Shown: in pieces, positions 20,290-29,581 of the stretch
How the letters are laid out: each line of letters starts with the position of its first letter
Numbering within the stretch: the first letter of the stretch is position 1
Source of the DNA: Gammaproteobacteria bacterium
GTDB taxonomy: Bacteria; Pseudomonadota; Gammaproteobacteria; JBCCGL01
Assembly: GCA_965277715.1 (NCBI GenBank)
Contig: OZ255836.1
Span: 2,016,001 to 2,080,000 of the forward strand
DNA: 64,000 nucleotides
Direction: 5' to 3'
Position numbers and translations under genes: made by a program
Notes under the pieces: model-generated
Database searches by the model: none
The model's input: the letters and a program-made list of their open reading frames with translations, nothing else
Told to the model about the DNA's origin: nothing

Positions 20290-22522
20290 ATTGTTTCTTT
20301 CCCCTCGCTTTTTTCTTGTTACCCGGCGCCTTTGGGGCAATCGATGTTTCTGACGCCACCAGACCCAGGTCAATCTTGCGTTCATCCAATGTCACTTGCA
20401 ACACCTCGACGGTTATTTTATCACCCAATACAAACCGCCGACCGGCGCGCTCACCACTGAGCACCTGTGCGACGGCATCGTGCTGGTAGTAATCTTTGGG
20501 CAAGGTGGTGATATGTAGCAACCCTTCGATATAAATATCGTCGAGCTCAACAAATAAACCAAATGGCATCACGGCGGAAATAACCCCGGAAAAACTATCG
20601 CCGACGTGATCGAGCATGTATTCACATTTCAACCAGCTCACCACGTCACGGGTAGCCTCATCTGCCCGGCGTTCGGTCTGTGAGCAGTGCTGCCCAAACC
20701 GGCGCATGGTATTTTCACTGTAACTGTAATTTGATTTCCTGCCTTTGCGCAGCACATGGCGAATAGCGCGATGGACCAACAAATCCGGGTAGCGGCGAAT
20801 CGGCGAGGTAAAGTGTGCATAGTTTTCCAGTGCCAGGCCAAAGTGCCCATCGCATTGCGGCGTGTAAATCGCCTGGCTGAGTGTACGCAGTATCGATACC
20901 TGAATGACATTGCAGTCCACGCGTTTTCGCGCGCGCTGAGACAGTTTGGCAAAATCAACCGGGGCCGGTTGTGCCCCGCCGGTCAAACGCATACTGCGCT
21001 GACCGAGAAACGTGCGGAGTTCGTCGACTCTATCCACATCGGGCTCGGCGTGTACCCGGTATAAAGCGGGAATTGCATGGCGTTGCAGAAAACGCGCAGC
21101 GGCGACATTTGCCAAAATCATGCATTCTTCAATCAACTTGTGCGCATCGTTGCGCACGACGGGTTGTATTCGTTCAATTTTTTTGTCACCGCTGAACACA
21201 ATGCGCGTTTCCACTGTATCAAAGTCGATGGCGCCGCGCTTTTCACGGCTACGCCTGAGTGTTTGGTAGAGGCCGTGCAATGCTTCCAGGCGCGCCCTCA
21301 ATGCCTCTGTTTTATCATCCTGGCGTATTCCCTCTAGCATATCAGCCACTTGTGTATAGGTGAGCCTGGCGTGTGAGCGCATCACTGCTTCACGAAACCG
21401 CGAGCGGGTAATTTCACCGTCGCCATTGATCGACATATCGCAAACCATGCACAAGCGATCGACATCCGGGTTTAATGAACACAAACCGTTGGAGAGAATT
21501 TCAGGCAACATGGGCACCACCCGGCCAGGAAAATACACCGAGGTGCCGCGCTCTCGCGCCTCCCTGTCCAGTGCCGTATCGTCGATAACGTAGTGCGATA
21601 CATCGGCGATGGCGACAACCAGCCGCCAGCCTTTGGGTCTGCGTTCACAGTAAACGGCATCATCAAAATCTCTGGCATCCTCCCCGTCGATGGTGACCAG
21701 CGGCATATCGCGCAGATCCAGCCGGTCACGCTTGTCATCGGGCGAGACTTTATCGGTCAATGTCGCGATTTCCTGGTCGACATCGAGCGGGAAAAAAGCG
21801 GGGATACCGTGCGAGTAAATCGCGGTTTCGATTTCCATACCGGGCATCATGTGATCCCCCAATATGCGCGTTATACGCCCGACGGGCGGGCTTCGCCTAC
21901 CGGGTTGTTCCGTAATTTCCACCACCACAACCTGCCCTGGTGTGGCGTTATTTTCCTGGCCAGGTGAAACGATAATATCCTGGGTGATGCGCTTGTGGTC
22001 AGCGATGACAAACGCCACCCCACTCTCGCGAACAAAGCGTCCGACCAATGTGCTATTGGCACGCTCAATAACCTCGACAATCATCCCCTCCTTTTTGCCA
22101 CGCCGGGTTGCACCGATTTGCCGCACCACTACACGGTCACCGTGCAATACACTGCGCATTTCCCTGCCACTTAAATAAAAATCACCATTGCCTTCGTCTG
22201 GAATGAGAAACCCAAACCCGTCTGGGTGGGCGGAAACTGTGCCGGGGTGTAAGTTGGCCTTTTCAATCACCATATAGCCGTGCTTTCGGTTCTTCAGTAA
22301 CTGGCCATCACGCAACATGGCACCCAGGCGTGCGCGCAGCGCTTCATATTGCTCATCCCTGTGTAGTTTCAGGCGTTCACACAACCGTTCAAAGGTAGTG
22401 GGAACGCCATGGTTAGTAATAATTTGCAGAATATATTCACGGCTGGCGATAGGGTTTTTATAGCGCGAAGCTTCCCTTTTCGCATACGGATCGGTTTTGG
22501 TTAAACGTTTCGATGATGGCAT
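20282..22522 (-). CDS. rnr: Ribonuclease R
   Basis: TIDGEDARDFDDA, HFTSPIRRYPDL and an S1 domain; start MPSSK at 22522. Confidence 0.97.
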   Translation of the reverse strand: MPSSKRLTKTDPYAKREASRYKNPIASREYILQIITNHGVPTTFERLCERLKLHRDEQYEALRARLGAMLRDGQLLKNRKHGYMVIEKANLHPGTVSAHPDGFGFLIPDEGNGDFYLSGREMRSVLHGDRVVVRQIGATRRGKKEGMIVEVIERANSTLVGRFVRESGVAFVIADHKRITQDIIVSPGQENNATPGQVVVVEITEQPGRRSPPVGRITRILGDHMMPGMEIETAIYSHGIPAFFPLDVDQEIATLTDKVSPDDKRDRLDLRDMPLVTIDGEDARDFDDAVYCERRPKGWRLVVAIADVSHYVIDDTALDREARERGTSVYFPGRVVPMLPEILSNGLCSLNPDVDRLCMVCDMSINGDGEITRSRFREAVMRSHARLTYTQVADMLEGIRQDDKTEALRARLEALHGLYQTLRRSREKRGAIDFDTVETRIVFSGDKKIERIQPVVRNDAHKLIEECMILANVAAARFLQRHAIPALYRVHAEPDVDRVDELRTFLGQRSMRLTGGAQPAPVDFAKLSQRARKRVDCNVIQVSILRTLSQAIYTPQCDGHFGLALENYAHFTSPIRRYPDLLVHRAIRHVLRKGRKSNYSYSENTMRRFGQHCSQTERRADEATRDVVSWLKCEYMLDHVGDSFSGVISAVMPFGLFVELDDIYIEGLLHITTLPKDYYQHDAVAQVLSGERAGRRFVLGDKITVEVLQVTLDERKIDLGLVASETSIAPKAPGNKKKARGKKQYG

Positions 22523-22547
22523 AGAGGTGATTAAAGTGATTTCCCAA

Positions 22548-22583
22548 TTGACAAGTATAGGCAGGATAGGTAAATTGCGCGCC
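22548..22583 (+). promoter_or_regulatory. Stable-RNA sigma70 promoter for tRNA-Leu(CAG)
   Basis: TTGACA-N17-TAAATT followed by a GCGCGCC discriminator. Confidence 0.75.
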
Positions 22584-22606
22584 TCAGTTTTTGACTGTTC
22601 CACACT

Positions 22607-22693
22607 GCCGAGGTGGCGGAATTGGTAGACGCGCTAGCTTCAGGTGCTAGTGGGGGTAACCCCGTGGAGGTTCAAGTCCTCTTCTCGGCACCA
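22607..22693 (+). tRNA. tRNA-Leu(CAG)
   Basis: GCCGAGG/TCTCGGC acceptor stem, CTAGC-TTCAGGT-GCTAG anticodon arm, variable arm, ACCA end. Confidence 0.97.
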
Positions 22694-22896
22694 TCGATTA
22701 AATTCAAAAAATCCCTAACCCGCCACAATAAAAAACATCAGACACTCTTTAGACCGGAATATTGACGTCTTTTTGGGTGCTTATACACTACCAGCCCATC
22801 GCCAGGTTTTAACACCGGGTTACCGGGTATTTTTGAAAGCGCGAGTATACTACCTTCACTCACCTTAAAATGCACGGCAAAGGTATGAGGTAACAC

Positions 22897-23148
22897 ATGT
22901 ATCGACTGGCCACGAGGTAATAGCGTAATGATTTCCGATGTGCTGGGTTGCTATAGCGCTGCCGATACTGTGGACGCAGCCATTGAACAGGCCTATGAAG
23001 CTATTAACGGCCATTTGCAAATTCTGTTGAAGGTGGTGAACAGATGATCCACACGGTCACCAGCGTTGATCGCCCTATGCACAACAGCAACCACGCAGGA
23101 TACACATGGGCTTATGCCGGGATCGACCTTGCTCCTTATATGGGTAGA
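22897..23148 (+). pseudogene. hicB: HicB-family antitoxin pseudogene
   Basis: SVMISDVLGCYSAADTVDAAIEQAYEAINGHLQIL, then a frameshift near 23027 into EGGEQ...AGYTWAYAGIDLAPYMGR; an early stop, and the C-terminal DNA-binding domain is missing. Confidence 0.75.
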
Positions 23149-23166
23149 TACCATCTCCCTCCATCA

Positions 23167-23238
23167 AGAGCAACGCAGGAGCAGTTGCCGACGACTGTAA
23201 GGATACAGGAGATAGAGCAACGCAGGAGCAGTTGCCGA
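23167..23238. repeat. 25-bp direct repeat x2 (AGAGCAACGCAGGAGCAGTTGCCGA)
   Basis: Identical copies at 23167-23191 and 23214-23238, each with an internal GCAAC/GTTGC stem. Confidence 0.85.
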
Positions 23239-23256
23239 GGAGCGGTAGCTTCGCTC

Positions 23257-23655
23257 TTATTTAACGACCCTGAGAGAAGCGCGCTTGGGTTTAGGCTTGG
23301 CAGGCTTATCGTCCACGGCATCATCAGGCGGCGGAATATTATTGTTATCATCATCGGCAAACACCATCCCCTGACCATTTTCCTTGGCATAAATCGCCAT
23401 CACCCCCATCGTTGGCACAAACACCTCCATCGCCTTGCCACTGAAACGTGCACTAAAACTAATATAATCATCCAATAAGCTAACATTACGTGCCGCCGAT
23501 GGACTGATGTTTAGAATAATACGTCCATTTTCGACAAAGGACTCAGGCACCACAGCCCCCGGAAAGGACGCATTAACCAATAAATACGGTGTTTTGTCGT
23601 TGTCTACAATCCACTCATAAATTGCACGAATCAGATAGGGTCGGCTGGATGTCAT
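23257..23655 (-). CDS. sspB: ClpXP adaptor SspB
   Basis: MTSSRPYL.RA.YEWIVDN, FSARFSG and C-terminal LRVVK. Confidence 0.96.
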   Translation of the reverse strand: MTSSRPYLIRAIYEWIVDNDKTPYLLVNASFPGAVVPESFVENGRIILNISPSAARNVSLLDDYISFSARFSGKAMEVFVPTMGVMAIYAKENGQGMVFADDDNNNIPPPDDAVDDKPAKPKPKRASLRVVK

Positions 23656-23689
23656 TATTGCGCAGTAATTGATTACAGTAACAAATGGC

Positions 23690-24313
23690 CTAGCGCATCT
23701 CGCGCTCTTCTTCAGTCAGGCTTTGCTGAAACCCTTCGCGTGCAAAAATCCTGTCGGCGTACTTTTTAATAGCGGCGGCCTCCTTGGGTAACTCGATTTC
23801 ATATTCGGTCAAACGCCACAGCACCGGGGCAATCGTGGCATCAATCATGGTAAATTCGCTACTGAGAAAAAACGGCTCGGCGGCAAATACTTCTGCTGAA
23901 GCAATTAAACTCTCCTGCAAACGCGCACGCGCACGCTCCTTCTTTTTCTTATCCCCCCCTTCCAGCGCGGGCAACAGGCTATACCAATCATTCTCAACCC
24001 GGTACAAAGCCAGCCGCGAACGCGCACGTGAGACGGGGTCAACCGGCATCAGTGGCGGGTGCGGAAACCGTTCATCCAGATACTCGGCGATAACACGCGA
24101 GTCATAAAGCACCAGATCACGATCAATCAATGTCGGCACCGAGCTATATGGGTTGATATACAGCAAATCCTCCGGCAGGTTATTCGGTTCAATATTCTCG
24201 ATTTCCACAGTGATATCTTTTTCGCACATCACCACACGCACACGGTGGCAAAACGGGCACGAGGGATCGGAAAATAACGTCATAACCGAGCGGCGGTTAG
24301 CGATTGGTGTCAC
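23690..24313 (-). CDS. sspA: Stringent starvation protein A
   Basis: NRRSVMTLFS and EYLDERFPHPPLMPVDPV; GTG start at 24313. Confidence 0.95.
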   Translation of the reverse strand: MTPIANRRSVMTLFSDPSCPFCHRVRVVMCEKDITVEIENIEPNNLPEDLLYINPYSSVPTLIDRDLVLYDSRVIAEYLDERFPHPPLMPVDPVSRARSRLALYRVENDWYSLLPALEGGDKKKKERARARLQESLIASAEVFAAEPFFLSSEFTMIDATIAPVLWRLTEYEIELPKEAAAIKKYADRIFAREGFQQSLTEEEREMR

Positions 24314-24480
24314 TGTATTTACCCCATAACTGGAAAGTGTCATGTCAGTCTGCTGGCGATAGTTTGCATCAAAAGATACCACCCTCTTTAAGCCTAACAA
24401 TCAATTGAATCTTATGCATTCTCGCTACGATTCAACTGATTATCAGGTTAAACTTAATAATCAGTTGTATGTATCAGATA

Positions 24481-25251
24481 TTAATGGATGTCTTTCCAAT
24501 ATTCCCTTTTCAGGAAATACGCAAAAACAAAGAAAATCAGTAGAAAGCCAAGTACCCAGGCACCTATCCTATGGCGTTCGGATTTAATTGGATCGCCCAG
24601 ATAATCGAGGAAATTAACCAGGTCGCGCACCAGAGAATCGTATTCATCCGCTGTTAACTGGCCTTCACTGACTTGCTTGAACTCGACAAACTGTTGCTTC
24701 TCCTGACCACTTTCTGTCACCGTTTTAAATACGGCTTCACGCCAACCCTGTAGTTCCCAAAGCACATGCGGCATAGCCACATCGGGAAATACCAGGTTGT
24801 TAACCCCAACACCACCGCGCTCTGGTTGTTGGTAGAACGTGCGCATATAGGTATAAAGCCAGTCGGCACTGCGCGAGCGGGATATCAACGCCAGGTTGGG
24901 GGGTGGCGCGCCAAACACACGCTTGGCGTAATCTTCACCCATGTTGTTTTCCATCAGGGCACCGACTTTAGTGGCTTCGCCCTTTGCATCGGTGGTAAAT
25001 ATAAGATTGTCCGCCACTAGTTTGTCGGTCAGGCCAAGGTCGGTCGCCAGTCGGCTATAACGGTGATACGAAGCGCTATGGCAACCCATACAATAGTTGA
25101 CAAAGGTCTTGGCGCCACGCTGTAGGGAGGCTTTGTCACTGTGATCGATAGTGACATGATCCAGTGGAAATCCGCTCCCTGCGCTCTGCACCGCAAACGG
25201 TGCTGCGTAAAGTCCCAGGGCGATAAAAGCAATGTTAATAAGATTATTCAT
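24481..25251 (-). CDS. petC: Cytochrome c1
   Basis: Signal peptide, CMGCH, MPHVLW and a C-terminal TM ending EYWKDIH. Confidence 0.96.
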   Translation of the reverse strand: MNNLINIAFIALGLYAAPFAVQSAGSGFPLDHVTIDHSDKASLQRGAKTFVNYCMGCHSASYHRYSRLATDLGLTDKLVADNLIFTTDAKGEATKVGALMENNMGEDYAKRVFGAPPPNLALISRSRSADWLYTYMRTFYQQPERGGVGVNNLVFPDVAMPHVLWELQGWREAVFKTVTESGQEKQQFVEFKQVSEGQLTADEYDSLVRDLVNFLDYLGDPIKSERHRIGAWVLGFLLIFFVFAYFLKREYWKDIH

Positions 25252-26477
25252 CAGTGAGTCACCCTTTGCGGAACAGGCTTAGTATTCTCATTTTTGCTAA
25301 TGATGTACAAGACCAAAAAGTAACCAAAGTAAATCACCGTACACACACGTGATATTAGTGTACCGATATCACTGGGCGGTTTTAAACCAAAGTAACCCAG
25401 TATCACAAACGACACTACAAATAACCCAAGACAGGTTTTAAACCCACTGGAGCGGTAGCGAATGGATTTGACTTTATTGCGATCAATCCACGGCAGGAAA
25501 AACAATACGATGATCGCAGCAAACATCACAATGACACCGGGCAGTGCCGAATCAAACAAAGGGGGAGTTGCCCGCAACATCGCATAGAACGGCGTGAAGT
25601 ACCAAACCGGCGCGATATGTTCCGGGGTTTTCAGTGGGTCGGCGGGCACGAAGTTAGCGTGCTCCAAAAAGTAACCGCCCATCTCCGGTGCAAAGAAAAC
25701 AATGGCGAAAAAGACAATCAGAAACCCGGCGACACCGACCAGGTCTTTTACCGAGTAATAAGGGTGAAATGGAATACCGTCACGGGGAATGCCGTTTTCA
25801 TCCTTAATGGCTTTGATATCCACACCATCGGGATTGTTTGAACCGACCTCATGCAAGGCGATAATGTGCGCCACCACCAGGCCAATCAGTACCAGTGGCA
25901 TGGCGATAACGTGCAGTGCGAAGAAGCGGTTTAATGTGGCATCGGAGACAATGTAATCGCCGCGCAACCACAGGGTCAAGGCATCGCCAATGCCAAATGG
26001 AAACCAGCCAAACAGCGAGATAATCACCTGTGCGCCCCAGTAGGACATTTGCCCCCAAGGCAACAGATACCCCATAAATGCCTCTGCCATCAGGCACAGA
26101 TAGATCAACATGCCGAAAATCCAGATTAATTCGCGTGGTTTCTTATACGAACCATACATTAACCCACGGAACATATGCAGATAGACCACCACGAAAAATG
26201 CCGATGCACCCGTCGAATGCATGTAGCGAATCAGCCACCCCCAATCGACATCACGCATAATGTATTCGACCGAGATAAACGCCAGCTCGCCAGACGGCTT
26301 ATATTGCATTGTCAGGAAAATACCGGTGACAATCTGAATCACCAGCACCAACAGGGCCAGTGAGCCAAAGTAATACCAAAAGTTAAAATTCTTTGGTGCG
26401 TAGTATTTGGATAAATGCTCCTCATACATCTTAGTGAGGGGGAAGCGCGCATCAATCCAACCCATTAGGTTACTCAT
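25251..26477 (-). CDS. petB: Cytochrome b
   Basis: RYMHSTGAS, PWGQMSYWGA and PVWY (PEWY-equivalent). Confidence 0.98.
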   Translation of the reverse strand: MSNLMGWIDARFPLTKMYEEHLSKYYAPKNFNFWYYFGSLALLVLVIQIVTGIFLTMQYKPSGELAFISVEYIMRDVDWGWLIRYMHSTGASAFFVVVYLHMFRGLMYGSYKKPRELIWIFGMLIYLCLMAEAFMGYLLPWGQMSYWGAQVIISLFGWFPFGIGDALTLWLRGDYIVSDATLNRFFALHVIAMPLVLIGLVVAHIIALHEVGSNNPDGVDIKAIKDENGIPRDGIPFHPYYSVKDLVGVAGFLIVFFAIVFFAPEMGGYFLEHANFVPADPLKTPEHIAPVWYFTPFYAMLRATPPLFDSALPGVIVMFAAIIVLFFLPWIDRNKVKSIRYRSSGFKTCLGLFVVSFVILGYFGLKPPSDIGTLISRVCTVIYFGYFLVLYIISKNENTKPVPQRVTH

Positions 26478-27103
26478 TAGGCGGCCCCCTCTTCATCGAC
26501 ACCAATCAATATTGTGTTTTCAGATAAATAGCTGTGCGGTGGCACCACCATATTAGTCGGCGCGGGAACACCCGAGAAAACACGACCGGCAATATCAAAT
26601 TTAGACCCGTGACACGGGCAGAAAAAACCGCCCTTCCAATCGGCACCGAGATCGGCGACCGCCATTTCCGGGCGGTATTTGGGTGCACAGCCCAAGTGCG
26701 TGCATATCCCCACCATCACCAAAATTTCCGGTTTCAGCGAGCGGGTTTCGTTACGTGCGTATTCAGGTTGTTGGTTATTTTTTGATTCGGGGTCACTCAG
26801 CTCACTGCTGACGATGGGCAGGGTGTCCAGCAATTCCGCTGTGCGGCGAATAATCCACACCGGCTTACCCCGCCATTCATACGTGACTATCTGGCCGGGG
26901 CCAAGTTTGCTGATATCGGCCTCAACCGGCGCCCCAGCCGCTTTGGCTTTGGCGCTGGGTGACATCGAAGCGAGGAACGGTACAGCCAGCGCCGCAGCGC
27001 CCGCAGCGCCTACCACCGTTGTCGACATCGTCAGAAAACGGCGCCTTGGCCTGTCTACGTTATCGACAGCCGAATCTTCGGCAGCAACACCTTTTGTTGA
27101 CAT
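26477..27103 (-). CDS. petA: Rieske Fe-S protein
   Basis: Tat RRRFL, CTHLGC and CPCHGS. Confidence 0.97.
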   Translation of the reverse strand: MSTKGVAAEDSAVDNVDRPRRRFLTMSTTVVGAAGAAALAVPFLASMSPSAKAKAAGAPVEADISKLGPGQIVTYEWRGKPVWIIRRTAELLDTLPIVSSELSDPESKNNQQPEYARNETRSLKPEILVMVGICTHLGCAPKYRPEMAVADLGADWKGGFFCPCHGSKFDIAGRVFSGVPAPTNMVVPPHSYLSENTILIGVDEEGAA

Positions 27104-27357
27104 GGATGCTCTCCAAAATAAAACAATTCGAGTTGTGTCGGTTGCGTTTACTGTCAAAACACTGACTGGTGGGATGCAAAAAACCGCACCGCAGTGACCC
27201 GCCGACATAAAGCCGCGAATCTTACCACAGAAATTATAGCGTGATGCACAGGAACTGCTGGAATTTCACTTACTTGATAAACACTACCGCGATCCAGCGA
27301 TCGATATTTCCCACATTATGCGGTGTTGGAAAACGACTACGCTTTCCAACGTCCTCA

Positions 27358-28131
27358 TTACGCCGGATTGGGGATATCGACGAATGTGGTTTGCAGAGAA
27401 AACCGTTCACCCAAGTGGTTGGCCAGTGCCTGAGCGCCAAAACGTTCAGTAGCATGGTGCCCCGCCGCGTAGAAATGGATTCCCCGCTCGCGGGCAATAT
27501 GTACTGTTTGCTCTGAAACCTCGCCGGTAATATACGCATCGGCACCGCTATCTGCGGCGGCACTGATAAACTGCTGAGCGCCCCCTGTACACCAGGCGAC
27601 ACGATGGATATTGCCAGCTCCACCGGCACCTGATCCACCGGCAATATACAACGGTTCACGCATCAGCTCATCCGTCAGGCGTTGCTGCAATGCACTGGCA
27701 GAGACCGCCTCATCCAGCTCTGCGTGCCAAAGCAAGCCCGCCTCGGCAAAACCCTCGACAGGCTGAGCTGACGCAAACCCCAGGGCATGGCCGAGACCGG
27801 CATTATTGCCATAAATGGCGTGCGCATCGAGTGGCAGGTGATACGCGATAAGGTTAATGTTGTGTTGCAGTAACAAGCCGAGCCGTGTGCGTTTCATCCC
27901 GCGCACAACGGGATCCTCTCCACGCCAGAAATAACCGTGGTGCACCAGCAGTGTATCGGCACCGCGTGCAATCGCCGCTTCGATCAGTGCCTGGTTGGCA
28001 GTAACGCCAGCGACAATGCATTCGATCTTATCGGCCCCCTCGACCTGCAAACCATTAGGACAATAATCCTTAAATGAATTAACACTCAGTAATCCACTGC
28101 AATAGTCCAACAATTCATCTCGCGCTATCAT
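27358..28131 (-). CDS. Nif3/YbgI-family dinuclear metal protein
   Basis: DYCPNGLQVEG, HHGYFW, YHLPLDAH and GHHATE. Confidence 0.93.
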   Translation of the reverse strand: MIARDELLDYCSGLLSVNSFKDYCPNGLQVEGADKIECIVAGVTANQALIEAAIARGADTLLVHHGYFWRGEDPVVRGMKRTRLGLLLQHNINLIAYHLPLDAHAIYGNNAGLGHALGFASAQPVEGFAEAGLLWHAELDEAVSASALQQRLTDELMREPLYIAGGSGAGGAGNIHRVAWCTGGAQQFISAAADSGADAYITGEVSEQTVHIARERGIHFYAAGHHATERFGAQALANHLGERFSLQTTFVDIPNPA

Positions 28132-28215
28132 TTCACTGTGTTACTCTTGCATTTGTTAAATTTTGTTGGATCATCGGTAACGCCCCCTAACCCGCCAGTC
28201 GTTTTTCAGGGAACC

Positions 28216-29373
28216 ATGCCCCGTCTGAATAAAAATAATCTGCTGTTTGTCAGTCAGTCAATCATCATCGGCCTGCTACTGGCATTTTTGCTGCACTATT
28301 TTTACCTGCAACCGCAGCAACATCATAGCAGCCGGTTACCTACACCGCTTCAGTCAGGCAGCAACGCGACCACTACCGACCACAAACAACCGTTTTCCTA
28401 CCGCGATGCAGTAGTGCGCGCAGCGCCATCCGTGGTCAATATTTTTACGGCAACCCGCTTCACGCTGGAGAGCGAACAAATCTCCCCGTCATTTGACAAG
28501 CTATTTAGCGGCAGCGGTACAAACAACAATGCCGATAGCCGTGTGGAAACCAGTGTCGGTTCAGGCGTTATCGTCAGTCCTGAAGGTTATATCCTCACCA
28601 ACAACCATGTTATCGACAACGCCAGTGAAATCCAGGTAATTCTGGCTGACGGCGGCAGTTATCTGGCAAAGCTAATCGGCAGCGACAGCGAAACCGACCT
28701 TGCAGTGCTGCAAATCCAGGCCAGCAAGCCCTTACCTTCAATCGATCTGGCCAATAGCACCAGTGTCGACGTGGGTGATGTCGTGCTGGCAATAGGCAAT
28801 CCGTTTGGGGTTGGTCAAACGGTCACGCAGGGCATCGTCAGTGCCACCAGCCGCAATCGTCTGGGCCTTAACACCTTTGAAGAATTTATCCAGACAGACG
28901 CGGCCATCAACCCAGGCAACTCCGGTGGCGCACTGATTAACCCGCGTGGTGAATTGCTCGGTATCAATACCGCCATCTTCACCAACAGCGAGGGCGCGCA
29001 AGGCATCAGCTTTGCCATTCCCACCAGTCTTGCCGCTAACGTTATGCGGCAAATCCTTGAACACGGAAAGGTCATCCGTGGCTGGCTCGGTGTACAGGCA
29101 TACGATATAAACAGTGACATGCGGCAGCGGTTCAATTTCATTGGACCTGGTGTGTTGGTAACCGGCGTATTTCACGACAGTCCCGCAGAAATAGCGGGAA
29201 TAATGGCGGGCGATATTCTCACCCATATTGAAGACGAACCGTTGGCAGATACACAAATACTCTTAAACGCCACCAAAAACCGACCACCGGAAACCCGGGT
29301 AGAGGTGACCGGGTTGCGCAATGGGCGTGCGTATACGTTAATGGCGACACTTATTCAACGACCGACGCGTTGA
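28216..29373 (+). CDS. degS: DegS/AlgW-like HtrA serine protease with one PDZ
   Basis: N-terminal TM, LTNNHV, DLAVL, GNSGG and a PDZ domain. Confidence 0.85.
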   Translation: MPRLNKNNLLFVSQSIIIGLLLAFLLHYFYLQPQQHHSSRLPTPLQSGSNATTTDHKQPFSYRDAVVRAAPSVVNIFTATRFTLESEQISPSFDKLFSGSGTNNNADSRVETSVGSGVIVSPEGYILTNNHVIDNASEIQVILADGGSYLAKLIGSDSETDLAVLQIQASKPLPSIDLANSTSVDVGDVVLAIGNPFGVGQTVTQGIVSATSRNRLGLNTFEEFIQTDAAINPGNSGGALINPRGELLGINTAIFTNSEGAQGISFAIPTSLAANVMRQILEHGKVIRGWLGVQAYDINSDMRQRFNFIGPGVLVTGVFHDSPAEIAGIMAGDILTHIEDEPLADTQILLNATKNRPPETRVEVTGLRNGRAYTLMATLIQRPTR

Positions 29374-29400
29374 ACCTAAATTCCGCAATTGATGGGCTCA

Positions 29401-29499
29401 GTTAACCCACAAGCGTGCCAGAGCAAGGCGTTTTTGCGCAATCATAGTGGTGCTATGGTGAGTAAAAACAACGCAGTTCTGGTACGCTTGTGGGCTAAC
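29401..29499. repeat. MITE-like long imperfect palindrome
   Basis: GTTAACCCACAAGCGTGCCAG...CTGGTACGCTTGTGGGCTAAC (21 bp, 2 mismatches) around CAAGGCG..CATAG/CTATG..AACGCAG. Confidence 0.8.
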
Positions 29500-29581
29500 C
29501 CCTTCGTGTAACATTAATTTATTGGCGTTGCGCTGAAACCTTCAATATAAGGTAGACGGTGTACCAGATGGCTTTTTAAAA

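Noticed and set aside
23167-23238. Possible mini CRISPR array (25-bp repeat, 22-bp spacer)
   Set aside because: Only two units, a short spacer, no leader and no cas genes in the window; it looks more like an interspersed repeat.
23044-23478. 144-aa + strand ORF
   Set aside because: Chimera of the hicB remnant, repeat DNA and antisense sspB.
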